Below, piece by piece: positions 34,361-44,998 of a DNA stretch of 64,000 bases. Position numbers and translations under genes: made by a program. How positions within the stretch are numbered: position 1 is the first letter of the stretch; each line of letters starts with the position of its first letter. Source of the stretch: an uncultured Verrucomicrobiota bacterium (GTDB lineage Bacteria > Verrucomicrobiota > Verrucomicrobiia > Limisphaerales > UBA8199); the NCBI GenBank assembly GCA_964446585.1, contig CAYUPI010000004.1:124177-188176 (forward strand), written 5' to 3'. The notes beneath the pieces were generated by a model. The model was not told where the DNA came from and made no database searches. It was given only the letters and a program-made list of their open reading frames with translations.

Positions 34361-36888
34361 CTTCAAAAACGACCCTCCTTGCTTTGCTCCTGACCGGCTC
34401 CGGTTTGCTTGCTCAAATTCCGCCACCGCCCGGGGACACTGCTGGAACCAACCGGGACGAAATCCTGCGCCAGGCCCTTCGCCAGGCAATCGAGGCCAGG
34501 ACGAACCCGGCCACGGCCAGTACTGCTCCAGTCGCCGTGCCGAAAGTGATCCTGACGGATTCGCCTGTTCCGTCGCTTCGGGCAGGACCAACCGACGCTG
34601 CGGCCGCGGGGACCAACCGCATCTTAGTTCCCAGCGATACAGCCGTACTTCAGCCACCAGCGACCAACCCTATCGCCGTGTCTTCGAATCCACCCGTAGT
34701 GGTTCCCAACCCCGAGCCTAAAGTTACGCCGACAGATTCGCCTGCTCCGGCGGTGCAGGCAGCGACAACCAACCCTGCAACCGCGGCGACCAATCGAATC
34801 ATCATTCCCACCAATACTGTTGGAGGTCCGCCATCACCGATCTACCGCATCGCCGTGCCGGCCAATCCGGCGGGAAGCAACGTCGCGCCCGTCAACAGCC
34901 TCGCGGCTTCCGGCAACCCGGCCGCAATACCAGCTCCTGCTTCCGTGCCGGCGACAGCCTCCGTCCAGCCCGGGAAAACGCCGGCGGTCGAGCCGGGATC
35001 TGCTGCGGCGACCAACGCGCCCGCTGCAGTGGAGGAAACGACGCCTCCCGGCATGATCAACTTCCGCGCGGTGGATCTCAATGATGTGCTCACGCTTTAT
35101 TCGGAGCTGGTGAACCGGACGATTCTTCGGCCAACCACCCTCCCGGCTGTTCTCATCACGCTAAAGAACCAGACCCTGCTCACCAAACATGAGGCGATCC
35201 AGGCCCTGGACGCCGTGTTGGCGCTCAATGGTATTTCGATTGTTCCCATGGGTGAAAAATTCGTCAAAGTAGTGCCATCTGCTCAAGCGAATCAGACCGG
35301 CGCGGCATTGCACGAGGAGAAAGCGAAGGATCTCCCTGAACTCGGGTCCTACGTCACTCACATCGTCCAATTGAGATACGTCAAACCCAGCGAGTTAATG
35401 ACAGTCCTGACGCCGTTCGCCAGCCAGATTCCGAATCCGATTCTACCGATTGACGGCAGCGCGATTCTCGTGCTGCGCGACAATACTGAAAACGTCAAAC
35501 GCATGTTGGAGATGGTGGAAAAGATCGATGTGGCGGTGCCGGCGGAGTTCATTTCTGAAGTCATTCCGATCAAATACGCGCTGGCTTCGGACATCGCCAG
35601 CGCCTTGAACAGCCTGAGCGCCGGGGGTGGCGGCACAACGGTTGGGGCAGGCGCCGGTGGGGGAACGGCGCGTGGCGGGACCGGGCGCTTTGGAGGTGGT
35701 TTCGGCGCCCAACGCACGGTGGGTGGGGTAGGTGGCGTGGGTGGGGCATATCCGGGCGCGCTCAACACGCCCGGAATTCAACAGCAAGCCCCGGGCGCCG
35801 TGGGCACAACCCCCGGAACCGGAGGCACGTTCAGTGACCGCCTTCGGTCGATTATTCAGCGCGCCAGCGGCCCAGGCGAAATTCAAGTGATCGGGACGAT
35901 GAAAATCATTGCGGATGAACGAACCAACTCGTTGCTGGTCTTTGCCGGCCGGCAGGACATGGACACGATCAAAAAGATCATTTCACAACTCGACGTGGTG
36001 CTGGCTCAGGTCCTGATCGAGGCAGTCATTATTGAGGTCACGTTGGGGCCAGACAGCAAGGACTTTGGGTTCAGCTATTTGCAGCACCCCCAGACCGTCG
36101 GAAAGTGGACGGGAGTCGGCTCGGCTGGCGCAGGACAATTTCTGACTCCAGGAAGCTTCGCCGGGGCCGTCGGGACCAACGCCGCCAGCGGCCTGGCCGG
36201 CGGGTTCAACTACCTGTTCAGCTACGGTCAGGACCTCGATGTGACAATCACCGCCATCGAAAGCTCCAGCCGCGCCAAGATCCTGCAGCGGCCGCGCATC
36301 CAGACTTCGCACGCCGTCCAGGCGCAATTGTTCGTCGGTGAATCACGGCCTTACCCGCAAGGGAGCTATTACGGTGGAGGCTCCTTTGGCGGATATTCCA
36401 CGATCCAGCAACTACAGATCGGTGTGACGCTGGACGTGACGCCGCTGATCAATCCGGACGGCCTGGTGGTGATGGACATCCATCAAACGATTGAGAACTA
36501 CGCAGGGTTCACGGAGATCACCGGTGTTGGACAGGTGCCGAACACGACGCGGAAGGAAGCCGCGGCGAAGGTCGCGGTGCGCGATCGCGATACGATCATG
36601 CTGGGCGGTCTGATTGAGACTGACAAATCCAAGAGCGGCTCGGGCGTTCCCTTCCTGATGGATATTCCACTGTTGGGCTACTTGTTCCGCAGCACTTCGA
36701 CGTCCGAAACCCGAAAGGAGCTGATTGTCCTCATCCGCCCGACTGTGCTGCCGACGCCAGAAATTGCGGCCCTCACCGCCAAAGCGGAGAAAGATCGAAT
36801 GCCCGGAGTGAGCCGTGCCGAGAAAGAGATTCTGGCCGAAGAAGCGGCGCGCCTCAAGCAGGCGGATAAACAACTCAAGGGACCCTAA
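34357..36888 (+). CDS. gspD: Secretin (GspD family) with Pro/Ala/Thr-rich N-terminal extension
   Basis: INFRAVDL (N0), IIADERTNSLLV, QVLIEAVIIEV, P.IQT, IGVTLDVTPLIN, IMLGGLI, GVPFLMDIPLLGYLFRS, ELIVLIRPTV. Confidence 0.9.
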   Translation: MTSKTTLLALLLTGSGLLAQIPPPPGDTAGTNRDEILRQALRQAIEARTNPATASTAPVAVPKVILTDSPVPSLRAGPTDAAAAGTNRILVPSDTAVLQPPATNPIAVSSNPPVVVPNPEPKVTPTDSPAPAVQAATTNPATAATNRIIIPTNTVGGPPSPIYRIAVPANPAGSNVAPVNSLAASGNPAAIPAPASVPATASVQPGKTPAVEPGSAAATNAPAAVEETTPPGMINFRAVDLNDVLTLYSELVNRTILRPTTLPAVLITLKNQTLLTKHEAIQALDAVLALNGISIVPMGEKFVKVVPSAQANQTGAALHEEKAKDLPELGSYVTHIVQLRYVKPSELMTVLTPFASQIPNPILPIDGSAILVLRDNTENVKRMLEMVEKIDVAVPAEFISEVIPIKYALASDIASALNSLSAGGGGTTVGAGAGGGTARGGTGRFGGGFGAQRTVGGVGGVGGAYPGALNTPGIQQQAPGAVGTTPGTGGTFSDRLRSIIQRASGPGEIQVIGTMKIIADERTNSLLVFAGRQDMDTIKKIISQLDVVLAQVLIEAVIIEVTLGPDSKDFGFSYLQHPQTVGKWTGVGSAGAGQFLTPGSFAGAVGTNAASGLAGGFNYLFSYGQDLDVTITAIESSSRAKILQRPRIQTSHAVQAQLFVGESRPYPQGSYYGGGSFGGYSTIQQLQIGVTLDVTPLINPDGLVVMDIHQTIENYAGFTEITGVGQVPNTTRKEAAAKVAVRDRDTIMLGGLIETDKSKSGSGVPFLMDIPLLGYLFRSTSTSETRKELIVLIRPTVLPTPEIAALTAKAEKDRMPGVSRAEKEILAEEAARLKQADKQLKGP

Positions 36889-36900
36889 GCGTCCAGCACA

Positions 36901-39900
36901 ATGGCAAACTGGAACCAAGCACCGCCGGTGCCAGGGCGCTCGCGCCGCCAACGCGTTCGTCCCACCGCAACCTTGGCTCTGAAACTCCTTGCGTTGGGTA
37001 CGCTGCTGCTTTGCTCGCTGTCGGCTCACGGTCAGGTATCCGGTCCTTTGGTGATAAACCCGATCGGCGACACCAACGTCATGCCGGGGACGACCATCAC
37101 GATCATCACTTCGGTCACTAACACCGACGTGAGCGTTAATGAGTTGCTCTGGAGTCTGGCGAACCCACCCTCGGGCGCCAGCATTACCAACGGTTCTACG
37201 CCGACCACGGGTCTTTTCACGTGGACGCCTTCGGCGTCGCAGGCCCCGAGCACGAACACGATTAACGTGCAAGTCCAGGACAGATTTAATCTGACGAACC
37301 ACACTTCAGCGAGTTTCCGGGTGAACGTCTTTACCAACACCGCTCCGACGCCTCCTTTCCTGGCGCCGATCAACGATGTGACGATTGTGGCGGGCCAATC
37401 GTTCACAAATACCAACAGTGCCCACACCACTGACGGAACCACCAATGCGCTCCTCTGGTCGCTCGAACCGGGCGCGCCTGACGGCGCGAGCATCGGCACG
37501 AACACCGGTATATTCTCCTGGAAGCCCACCGCGCAGCAAGCCGACAACTATACGATTGGGGTCACTGTCACGGAGCAAAGCTCTCCGCCGCTGAGCAGCA
37601 CCGAAGAATTTAACATTAATGTCATTCTCACCAATAATTGCAGTGGTTTTGATGATTTCGTGGCTGCGGTAGAGCAGGGGGGCGTCGTGCCGCTGCCGGA
37701 TTGTCCGACCATCGTCTTGTCGAACACGTTGATAATTGCGAATGATGTCACGCTCGACGCCGGCTCGGCGAAAGTTTTGATTACCGGCAATAACCTGATC
37801 CGCCTCTTCACGGTATTGGCGCCCGCCACCCTGACTTTGAATCATTTGACGCTGTCCGGCGGGATGAGCACTAATGGCGGCGCGATTTACGTCCAGCAAG
37901 GTGCCGTGGCTTTACTCTCCAACTGCATTTTCAGCGGCAACTCGGCTGTTGGCAGCAACGGTGTTGCCGGCGCCAAAGGAGCCGACACATCCGGCACCGG
38001 CGGAAACGGCACCAGCGGCACCGGCGGCGGTGCGGCTGAGGGTGGCGCGATCTACAATGCGGGAGCACTCACACTTTCGGCCTGCCAATTCCTGACGAAC
38101 CAGGCGACAGGAGGGACTGGCGGTGCTGGCGGCAATGGTGGCAATGGCCGGTACCAAGGTGGCAATGGCGGCAATGGCGGCAGCGGCGGCCATGCGCGGG
38201 GCGGGGCCGTTTTCAATATTGGCACCAACAATGTCACAATCGATTCCTGCACCTTCACGGGAAATTCAGCCGCCAGCGGCAGCGGCGCCTCGGGCGGCAC
38301 CGACGGGACCGGTGGCACGCGTTCGGGCTTGCCCGGAATCGGCGGCGCGGCCGGGGTGACCTCCGGCGCTGGCGTGTGCAGCACGGGGGACATAACCCTA
38401 ACCAGTTGCACGTTCTCGCAAAATTCCGCCACGGGGGGAGACAGCGCTGCCGGCGGAACTCAAGTCAACGGCAACGGCAGCAATGGGCCACGGGGTGGAG
38501 ATGGATTGGGCGGTGGTGTCTTCGGTGCGGCTATTGGCGCAGTGACCAACTGCACATTCTTCGGCAACAGCGTCACAGGTGGCAAGGGTGGCAATGGAGG
38601 CGCGGGCAACTATAACGCTGGCAACGGAGGCAACGGAGGCAACGGCCTTGGGGGTGCGTTCTATGGCTCGGCCGGCACAAATTATATCGTGAACTGCACG
38701 ATCGCACAAAACCAGGCCGTCGGAGGCACAAACGGCGTCGCCGGGACTGGTCCTTTCAGAGGAACTGACGGCAGCCCGGGATTAGCTCGCGGCGCGGGCG
38801 TCTATCGCGCCGCAGGGACTTTCATCCTGAAGAATACCATTTTGGTCACTAATGCGCCCGGCACCAATGCCTACGGCACAATCACCGATGCCGGCAATAA
38901 TCTTAGTTCGGACGCAAGTTTGGCGGGCAGCAGCCGAAAGAACGTCGATCCCAGAACATCGCCGTTGTCCGGCGACCCTCCACAGACCATGGCCTTGCTT
39001 CACGACAGTCCGGCGGTTGACGCAGCGGACGATTTAGCCGCGCCCGACGTGGATGAGCGCGGCACTAGACGGCCGGTTGGCCCGCACAGCGACATTGGCG
39101 CTTATGAGTACCCTACGCAGCTTGCTCCTGCCATTATTTCTCCGCCGAGCAGCCAGACGGTTATGGTCGGTAGCAATGCGACGTTCGTGGTTTCGGCTAC
39201 TGGCGATCCGCCGCTGGCCTATCGGTGGCAATTCAAGGGCACCAACATTGCCGGAGCTACCAGGACGACCTTCACGGTAACGAATGCGCAGCCTACCAAC
39301 GCCGGCGATTACACCGTATCCGTGTCCAACCACGTATCCGTCGTTGTCAGTCCCGCAGCTACGCTCACAGTCTGCGTGCCAGTCACCATCAGCGGCCATG
39401 TAATGGATGGTACGAATGGTCTGAGCGGAGTGACCGTCACCGCCGGGGCCAATTCAGCCCTGACGGACACAAACGGCGCTTACACTATCTCGGGAATTTG
39501 CCCCGGTGATTACTTCGTCTTCGCTTCGCTCAGCGGCTACGAGTTCAGCCCGGCGCAGGAAGTGATCACACCACCAGGCGCTTCGAATGTCAATTTCACG
39601 GTTAAGCAGCCAGTGTACACGATCAGCGGCCGCGTGGTGGCCGGGACCAACGGTGTGAGCGGCGTCCGCATTTTCGGCGGCCAAACGACTGACGCCAATG
39701 GCTATTTTACCCTCTCCTTGCCGGCGGGCACGAACACACTGACTCCGCTGAAGCCAGGCTTCAACTACACCTTTCAACCCCCCAACCGTATCGTCGTGGT
39801 GCCTCCGAGCGCTACCAACCAGGATTTCATTGCTGGTTGGCGGATCGCATCTCTCGTGCGCCTGGCTGATGGCACCATCCAGTTTCAAGTGATCGGGACG

Positions 39901-40035
39901 GGAACCATCCGCGTCGAAGCCTCCAGCAACCTCGTCAACTGGGTGACTCTTTCCAACCACGTCGCACCCTACACGTTCATCGACCACACAGCCGGCTCGG
40001 TGCCACAGCGATTTTATCGCGCAGCGCAGCCGTGA
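36901..40035 (+). CDS. Large exported surface protein (Ig-like repeats, Gly-rich beta-helix / choice-of-anchor-Q-like region, Ig domain, beta-sandwich repeats, C-terminal FYR domain)
   Basis: Signal peptide; two GASI...TG.F.W.P repeats; GGAIYN and GGNGG repeats; TMALLHDSPAVDAA and DIGAYE; PPLAYRWQFKG Ig fold; ends QRFYRAAQP. Confidence 0.8.
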   Translation: MANWNQAPPVPGRSRRQRVRPTATLALKLLALGTLLLCSLSAHGQVSGPLVINPIGDTNVMPGTTITIITSVTNTDVSVNELLWSLANPPSGASITNGSTPTTGLFTWTPSASQAPSTNTINVQVQDRFNLTNHTSASFRVNVFTNTAPTPPFLAPINDVTIVAGQSFTNTNSAHTTDGTTNALLWSLEPGAPDGASIGTNTGIFSWKPTAQQADNYTIGVTVTEQSSPPLSSTEEFNINVILTNNCSGFDDFVAAVEQGGVVPLPDCPTIVLSNTLIIANDVTLDAGSAKVLITGNNLIRLFTVLAPATLTLNHLTLSGGMSTNGGAIYVQQGAVALLSNCIFSGNSAVGSNGVAGAKGADTSGTGGNGTSGTGGGAAEGGAIYNAGALTLSACQFLTNQATGGTGGAGGNGGNGRYQGGNGGNGGSGGHARGGAVFNIGTNNVTIDSCTFTGNSAASGSGASGGTDGTGGTRSGLPGIGGAAGVTSGAGVCSTGDITLTSCTFSQNSATGGDSAAGGTQVNGNGSNGPRGGDGLGGGVFGAAIGAVTNCTFFGNSVTGGKGGNGGAGNYNAGNGGNGGNGLGGAFYGSAGTNYIVNCTIAQNQAVGGTNGVAGTGPFRGTDGSPGLARGAGVYRAAGTFILKNTILVTNAPGTNAYGTITDAGNNLSSDASLAGSSRKNVDPRTSPLSGDPPQTMALLHDSPAVDAADDLAAPDVDERGTRRPVGPHSDIGAYEYPTQLAPAIISPPSSQTVMVGSNATFVVSATGDPPLAYRWQFKGTNIAGATRTTFTVTNAQPTNAGDYTVSVSNHVSVVVSPAATLTVCVPVTISGHVMDGTNGLSGVTVTAGANSALTDTNGAYTISGICPGDYFVFASLSGYEFSPAQEVITPPGASNVNFTVKQPVYTISGRVVAGTNGVSGVRIFGGQTTDANGYFTLSLPAGTNTLTPLKPGFNYTFQPPNRIVVVPPSATNQDFIAGWRIASLVRLADGTIQFQVIGTGTIRVEASSNLVNWVTLSNHVAPYTFIDHTAGSVPQRFYRAAQP

Positions 40036-40043
40036 TTTTGGGT

Positions 40044-41069
40044 CTAATAAGCCGCTTGAGCGCCTCTGATCGACCTCTTCTTCATCCAGGGCATTAAACT
40101 GCGCAGCCGGGCGCCGACTTTTTCGATTGGATGCTGCTGGCCCTTCTTGAGCAGCGCGTTGTATTTTTTGTAGCCGCCCTGGTATTCGGAGATCCAGCCC
40201 TTGGCGAATTTGCCGGACTGGATGCCTTTGAGAGCCGCTTTCATTCGCTTCTTGACACCCGCATCAATGATTTTAGGTCCCATCGTCACATCGCCCCATT
40301 TGGCGGTTTCGGAAACCGAGAAGCGCATGCCGCTGATGCCCGCCTCATTGATCAAATCCACAATGAGCTTGAGTTCGTGCAGGCACTCGAAGTAGGCCAT
40401 CTCCGGTTGATACCCAGCTTCGATCAGGGTCTCGTACCCGGCCATTATTAGCGCGGTCGCGCCGCCGCATAAAACCGTTTGTTCGCCAAACAAATCGGTT
40501 TCGGTTTCCTCCCGGAAGGTCGTTTCCAGCACGCCCGCGCGCGTTGCGCCGATGCCCTTGGCCCAGGCCAGCGCAACTTGCCTGGCCCGCCCGCTCGGAT
40601 TCTGGTAAACGCCGATCAGGGCAGGCACCCCCTTGCCTTCCAGGTACTGCCGCCGCAAGATGTGGCCCGGCCCTTTGGGCGCAACCAGAATCACATCCAC
40701 TGATTTAGGCGGGACCACGGTCCTAAAATGAATGGCAAAGCCGTGAGAAAAGAGCAGCGTCTTGCCCTTGCTCAAATTCGGCGCAATGTCCCGCACATAC
40801 ACAGCCGGCTGCTTGGTGTCCGGCAGCCCGACGAAGATCACTTCGGCCCGCCGCACGGCCTCGGCTGTTGAAACCACGCCGAAGCCCTTTTCCTTAGCAA
40901 CAGGAATGGATTTGCTGCCCTGATAGAGGCCGATAATCACTTTCATCCCGCTGTCCCTGAGGTTCAGCGCGTGGGCGTGCCCTTGTGAGCCGAAACCGAG
41001 CACAGCCAGGGTTTTGTTCCGCAGCAGTCCAATATTCGCATCTTTGTCGCTATAAACTTTTGCCGGCAT
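40044..41069 (-). CDS. ilvC: Ketol-acid reductoisomerase
   Basis: [63 protein letters not shown]. Confidence 0.97.
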   Translation of the reverse strand: MPAKVYSDKDANIGLLRNKTLAVLGFGSQGHAHALNLRDSGMKVIIGLYQGSKSIPVAKEKGFGVVSTAEAVRRAEVIFVGLPDTKQPAVYVRDIAPNLSKGKTLLFSHGFAIHFRTVVPPKSVDVILVAPKGPGHILRRQYLEGKGVPALIGVYQNPSGRARQVALAWAKGIGATRAGVLETTFREETETDLFGEQTVLCGGATALIMAGYETLIEAGYQPEMAYFECLHELKLIVDLINEAGISGMRFSVSETAKWGDVTMGPKIIDAGVKKRMKAALKGIQSGKFAKGWISEYQGGYKKYNALLKKGQQHPIEKVGARLRSLMPWMKKRSIRGAQAAY

Positions 41070-41077
41070 TTGCTTTG

Positions 41078-41112
41078 GTTGTGAGTTGAGAGTTGGGAGT
41101 TGAGACTGCTGA
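41078..41112. repeat. Heptamer array between ilvN and ilvC
   Basis: GTTGTGA GTTGAGA GTTGGGA GTTGAGA CTGCTGA. Confidence 0.8.
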
Positions 41113-41119
41113 ACAGGGG

Positions 41120-41593
41120 TTATTTGCGAGCCATCGCCACGCGGCCCGTGCGAGTCAAATCCAATACTCCGAATGTTTTCATCAGGCTCAGGAATTTCTC
41201 CACTTTGCTTTCGTCGCCCGTGACCTCGATCGTAAGGCTTTTGGGTTGCACATCGACAATTTTCGAACGGAAGATGTCGGTAATTTGCATGACTTCAGCG
41301 CGGGTCTTGGAATCGATGGTGACCTTCACCAACACTAACTCTCGATCAACGTATTCACCATCGCGAAAGTCCTGGACCTTGATGACATCAGCCAGTTTGT
41401 TCAGTTGTTTGACGATTTGTTCGAGCGTGGCATCGTCCCCGCGCGTGACGATAGTCATGCGCGAGGCTGTGGGGTCGGCGGTGGGCGCCACGTTGAGCGA
41501 ATCAATGTTATAGCCCCGGCCGCTGAACAATCCGGCCACGCGCGTCAACACGCCGAATTTATTTTCCACCAAAACCGAGATGGTATGCCGCAT
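41120..41593 (-). CDS. ilvN: Acetolactate synthase small regulatory subunit
   Basis: [50 protein letters not shown]. Confidence 0.96.
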   Translation of the reverse strand: MRHTISVLVENKFGVLTRVAGLFSGRGYNIDSLNVAPTADPTASRMTIVTRGDDATLEQIVKQLNKLADVIKVQDFRDGEYVDRELVLVKVTIDSKTRAEVMQITDIFRSKIVDVQPKSLTIEVTGDESKVEKFLSLMKTFGVLDLTRTGRVAMARK

Positions 41594-41645
41594 AAGACCC
41601 CGAGCCCAGTCGAGGCGCGCAAGATTACGCTCGCCCTGGGGCTGG

Positions 41646-42470
41646 TCAAGTGAAGAACGGATTGTGGCCTTTTTCCTCGACGACTGTGGTCAGCGGGCCG
41701 TGCCCCGGACAAATCAGCGTTTCGGGTGGCAGCGACAGAATCTGGTCCCGCACTTTTTGTTTGGCCAGGTCCCACGACTGATTGCCGCGTCCAATCGAGC
41801 CGGCGAAAATCGCATCGCCAACGATCGCCACGTGCGGCGCGTCTTCCGGCCAGGTGCCAACGATGTACGTGACGCCATCCTCCGCATGGCCGGGCGTGTC
41901 GCGATGTGTGATCCGCAAACTCCCCAGGTGAATGAAATCATTTGGCCGATTTCGCTGATCCACTGGAGCACTCTTCGAGCTGGAGTGCGCGCGCACTTTG
42001 GGAAATTTTTCGCGCACCGCGCCGACTCCGGCGATGTGGTCGGGGTGCGTGTGGGTGATGAAAAGATGCCGGAGCTGAAGTCCGTTTTCGGCGATCAACT
42101 TCAGGGCCGGCGTGGCGTCCCACCCTGTGTCGAACAGCGCTGCCTCACGCGAGACCTCGTCCCAGATCAGGTAACAATTGACAGTGATTCCATCTCCGGC
42201 GGTGGTCAGAACTCGCAATTCGCGCCAGGTATTCAGTTCTTTCTCGGTGGGCAGCCAGCCTTGGGCAATGCCTTCCAACTTGCCCGGATGCAACCCAATC
42301 AACGCGCCTAATTGATTGAAGTCAGGCTTTTTGGCGTACTGGCCGGATTCCTCGAGCGCACTCAGCTCCGGCTCCGCGAGGCCCGCAGCTTTGGCCGCCG
42401 CCGCGGCCGGGACATTGGACATAGCGCGGGCCTTGCGGATGATATCTCCTAAATGATCTTCCAGGTTCAT
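41646..42470 (-). CDS. Metallo-beta-lactamase-fold hydrolase with N-terminal XRE-like helix-turn-helix
   Basis: LGDIIRKAR...AAKAAGL....LSALE HTH-like segment; THTHPDHIAG, TPGHAEDG, GDAIFAGS, PGHGP. Confidence 0.8.
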   Translation of the reverse strand: MNLEDHLGDIIRKARAMSNVPAAAAAKAAGLAEPELSALEESGQYAKKPDFNQLGALIGLHPGKLEGIAQGWLPTEKELNTWRELRVLTTAGDGITVNCYLIWDEVSREAALFDTGWDATPALKLIAENGLQLRHLFITHTHPDHIAGVGAVREKFPKVRAHSSSKSAPVDQRNRPNDFIHLGSLRITHRDTPGHAEDGVTYIVGTWPEDAPHVAIVGDAIFAGSIGRGNQSWDLAKQKVRDQILSLPPETLICPGHGPLTTVVEEKGHNPFFT

Positions 42471-42527
42471 GGTTCAAACGGTAGCCGCGCGTGCGGGGAG
42501 TTCAAGATTTAGGTGACGTCATCTGGC

Positions 42528-43649
42528 TCACATTCGGTCAGGAATCGCTCGCGCCACTTGCTCGCTCAACCGCTCCAGCCAGTAGGCCCCTCTGGCCTTG
42601 GCCTCCTCCTCGTCGGCTACTTCCGTCAAAGCGCGAACATATCTGAAAGCGTGCCTTACTCGAGCGCTGCGAGTGACCGCGCCTGCGAGGCCAATGCAGG
42701 GAATCCCCAAGTCCTGACAACGCACGGCTATTTGACCAACGCCTTTGCCCATGAGCGTGGATTGATCGATCGCCCCCTCACCGGTGACCACCAGATCGGC
42801 CGAGCGCAACCGCAGCTCGAGCGCCGCTGAGCGAGCGAACAGATCAAAGCCCGGCACCAATCGCGCGTCAGCAAACGCCATCAGACCAAAGCCCAATCCG
42901 CCGGCTGCTCCTGCGCCCGGCACACGGCTGAAATCACGGCCGAATCTCATTTTAACGATTCTCCTTAGCCGGTTCAGGCAGCACTCCGCTAGCGGAAAGT
43001 CTTCCGGCCGCAGGCCCTTTTGTGGGCCGTAGATCCTGGTGGCACCGCGACTGCCGAGTAGAGGATTTTGCACATCCACGGCTACTACAACTTCATGGAA
43101 CCAGCGCCGGTGATTCGGCGGCCGAAGTCGAGCCAGTCTCACCAAGTCAGGCCAATGTTCGATCCCGCGCTCAGTTCCATCCAGAAACTTCCAACCGAGA
43201 GCTCGGGCCAGGCCAAAACCGGCATCATTGGTCGCGCTGCCGCCGATGCCGACGAGACATCGCCTTGCTCCTTTGCGTTTCGCTGCTCGGAACACGGCGC
43301 CCAATCCAAATGTATCCAGTTCGAACGGGTGAAATTTCTTCGCCGGCAGCATCGACAGGCCGATCACGCGCGCCGATTCGATGATGGCGGTCCGGCTCTT
43401 CGGCTCCCACCACCACGGAGCCGGGCAAGGACGATGCGCCGCGTCCACCGTTCGAACCTGTTGACGTCTGGCGCCGAGCAAGCCGCTCATGACCTCGCCA
43501 AATCCTTCTCCACCGTCGCTCATCGGCAGCAGAGTCAATTGGTCTTGCGGCCGGGCCCTGATCCAGCCGTGGCGAATCGCTTCGGCCGCCGCGCGCGCGG
43601 TCAAAGTTCCTTTGAACTTGTCGGGGATTATTAGGACTTTCAGCCGCAT
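42528..43649 (-). CDS. glxK: Glycerate kinase
   Basis: IIPDKFKGTL, PMSDGGEG, GIGGSATNDAG, DVQNPLLG..GA..IYGPQKG, GAGAAGGLG, VTGEG.ID. Confidence 0.92.
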   Translation of the reverse strand: MRLKVLIIPDKFKGTLTARAAAEAIRHGWIRARPQDQLTLLPMSDGGEGFGEVMSGLLGARRQQVRTVDAAHRPCPAPWWWEPKSRTAIIESARVIGLSMLPAKKFHPFELDTFGLGAVFRAAKRKGARRCLVGIGGSATNDAGFGLARALGWKFLDGTERGIEHWPDLVRLARLRPPNHRRWFHEVVVAVDVQNPLLGSRGATRIYGPQKGLRPEDFPLAECCLNRLRRIVKMRFGRDFSRVPGAGAAGGLGFGLMAFADARLVPGFDLFARSAALELRLRSADLVVTGEGAIDQSTLMGKGVGQIAVRCQDLGIPCIGLAGAVTRSARVRHAFRYVRALTEVADEEEAKARGAYWLERLSEQVARAIPDRM

Positions 43650-43714
43650 GATTCTGAAAATTTGGCGTTGAACTTGAACGCCGCTATGGCAAATTGAATA
43701 ACGATCTCTAAACT

Positions 43715-44053
43715 ATGAACAAACCAAAGATTATTGCCTACCTAAAACCGAGTTGCGGCTGGAGTCAGGGTGTGCGCGCGGTGCTGCGTCAGTACGACTT
43801 ACCGTTCGAGGACCGTGACATCATCAACGACCCGGCCCAACGCCAGGAAATGATCGAGAAGAGCGGGCAGATGCTCAGTCCGTGTGTGGAGATCAACGGC
43901 CGCATGCTTGCAGACATCAGCGGTGAGGAAGTCGAAGCCTATCTTCTCGCAAACAGTTTGGTGGCGCGCACTGATCGGCAGCCGGATGCTCCGACCAATC
44001 AGCCCTGCGCGCACGAGCTGCCCGAGGCAGCCCCGCTGCATTTCCGACGGTAG
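43715..44053 (+). CDS. Glutaredoxin-like protein (single-Cys active site)
   Basis: YLKPSCGWS, SGQ.LSPCVEING; thioredoxin-fold pattern. Confidence 0.8.
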   Translation: MNKPKIIAYLKPSCGWSQGVRAVLRQYDLPFEDRDIINDPAQRQEMIEKSGQMLSPCVEINGRMLADISGEEVEAYLLANSLVARTDRQPDAPTNQPCAHELPEAAPLHFRR

Positions 44054-44116
44054 ATTCTGGTCCTCTCGCCCCTCAATTAGATTGATCCTTGACTGGGGCT
44101 TCGCCACGCTCCGGCC

Positions 44117-44983
44117 ATGGAAGTGGTGAGGTCGATTGCGACCATGCAGCGCCTGGCCAGCAATTGGCGGCGGCGGGGCGTGCGGGTGGGTCTCGTCCCG
44201 ACAATGGGATTTCTTCACCCGGGTCACTTAAGCCTGGTCAAACGCGCCCGCAAATTGGCAGGACCCCGTGGCCAGGTCGTTGTCAGTATTTATGTCAATC
44301 CCACGCAGTTTGGGCCGCGCGAGGATTTCTCAAGGTATCCGCGCGATCTGAGCCGGGACCTGCGACTTTGTCGCGCGGAAAAAGTTGATGTGGTCTTTGC
44401 GCCGAAGGATCGGGACATGTATCCGTCGAATGGAGCCGGACCGTTCACCTCCTACGTGGTGGAAGAAAGCCTTTCGGCCGCGATGGAAGGAGCGTCACGG
44501 CCCACGCATTTTCGAGGCGTCACCACCGTGGTCGCCAAACTGTTCAATATCGTGCATCCGACTTTCGCCGTGTTCGGCGCCAAAGATTACCAACAGGCGG
44601 CGATTGTGAAACGTATGGTGCGCGATCTGAATTTTCCTTTGGGAATTGCGGTAGCGCCGATTTGCCGCGAGCCGGATGGCTTGGCGATGAGTTCCCGCAA
44701 CCGCTTCCTCAAGGGAGACTTACGGATGCAAGCCACGGTGCTGCGGCGCTCGATAGAAAAGGTTCATGCTGCCTTGAGAAGGGCATCCCGGCCGCTTCCG
44801 GCAGCAAAGCTGAAGCGGGAAGTCAAAGACATGGTTAAGAAAGCATCGGGCGCGCGCCTGGATTACGTCGAGTTCTTCGAGTCGAACACGCTGGAACCGG
44901 TGCGCAACGTCGTTCGTGGCACGCACATGGCGCTGGCCGTTTTCTTTGGCAAAACACGGCTGATTGATAACTCGCGCCTCTGA
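44117..44983 (+). CDS. panC: Pantoate--beta-alanine ligase
   Basis: VPTMGFLHPGHLSL, SIYVNPTQFGP.ED, RPTHFRGV, FGAKDYQQ, REPDGLAMSSRN, TRLIDN. Confidence 0.96.
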   Translation: MEVVRSIATMQRLASNWRRRGVRVGLVPTMGFLHPGHLSLVKRARKLAGPRGQVVVSIYVNPTQFGPREDFSRYPRDLSRDLRLCRAEKVDVVFAPKDRDMYPSNGAGPFTSYVVEESLSAAMEGASRPTHFRGVTTVVAKLFNIVHPTFAVFGAKDYQQAAIVKRMVRDLNFPLGIAVAPICREPDGLAMSSRNRFLKGDLRMQATVLRRSIEKVHAALRRASRPLPAAKLKREVKDMVKKASGARLDYVEFFESNTLEPVRNVVRGTHMALAVFFGKTRLIDNSRL

Positions 44984-44998
44984 GTGACGTGGGCTTCC

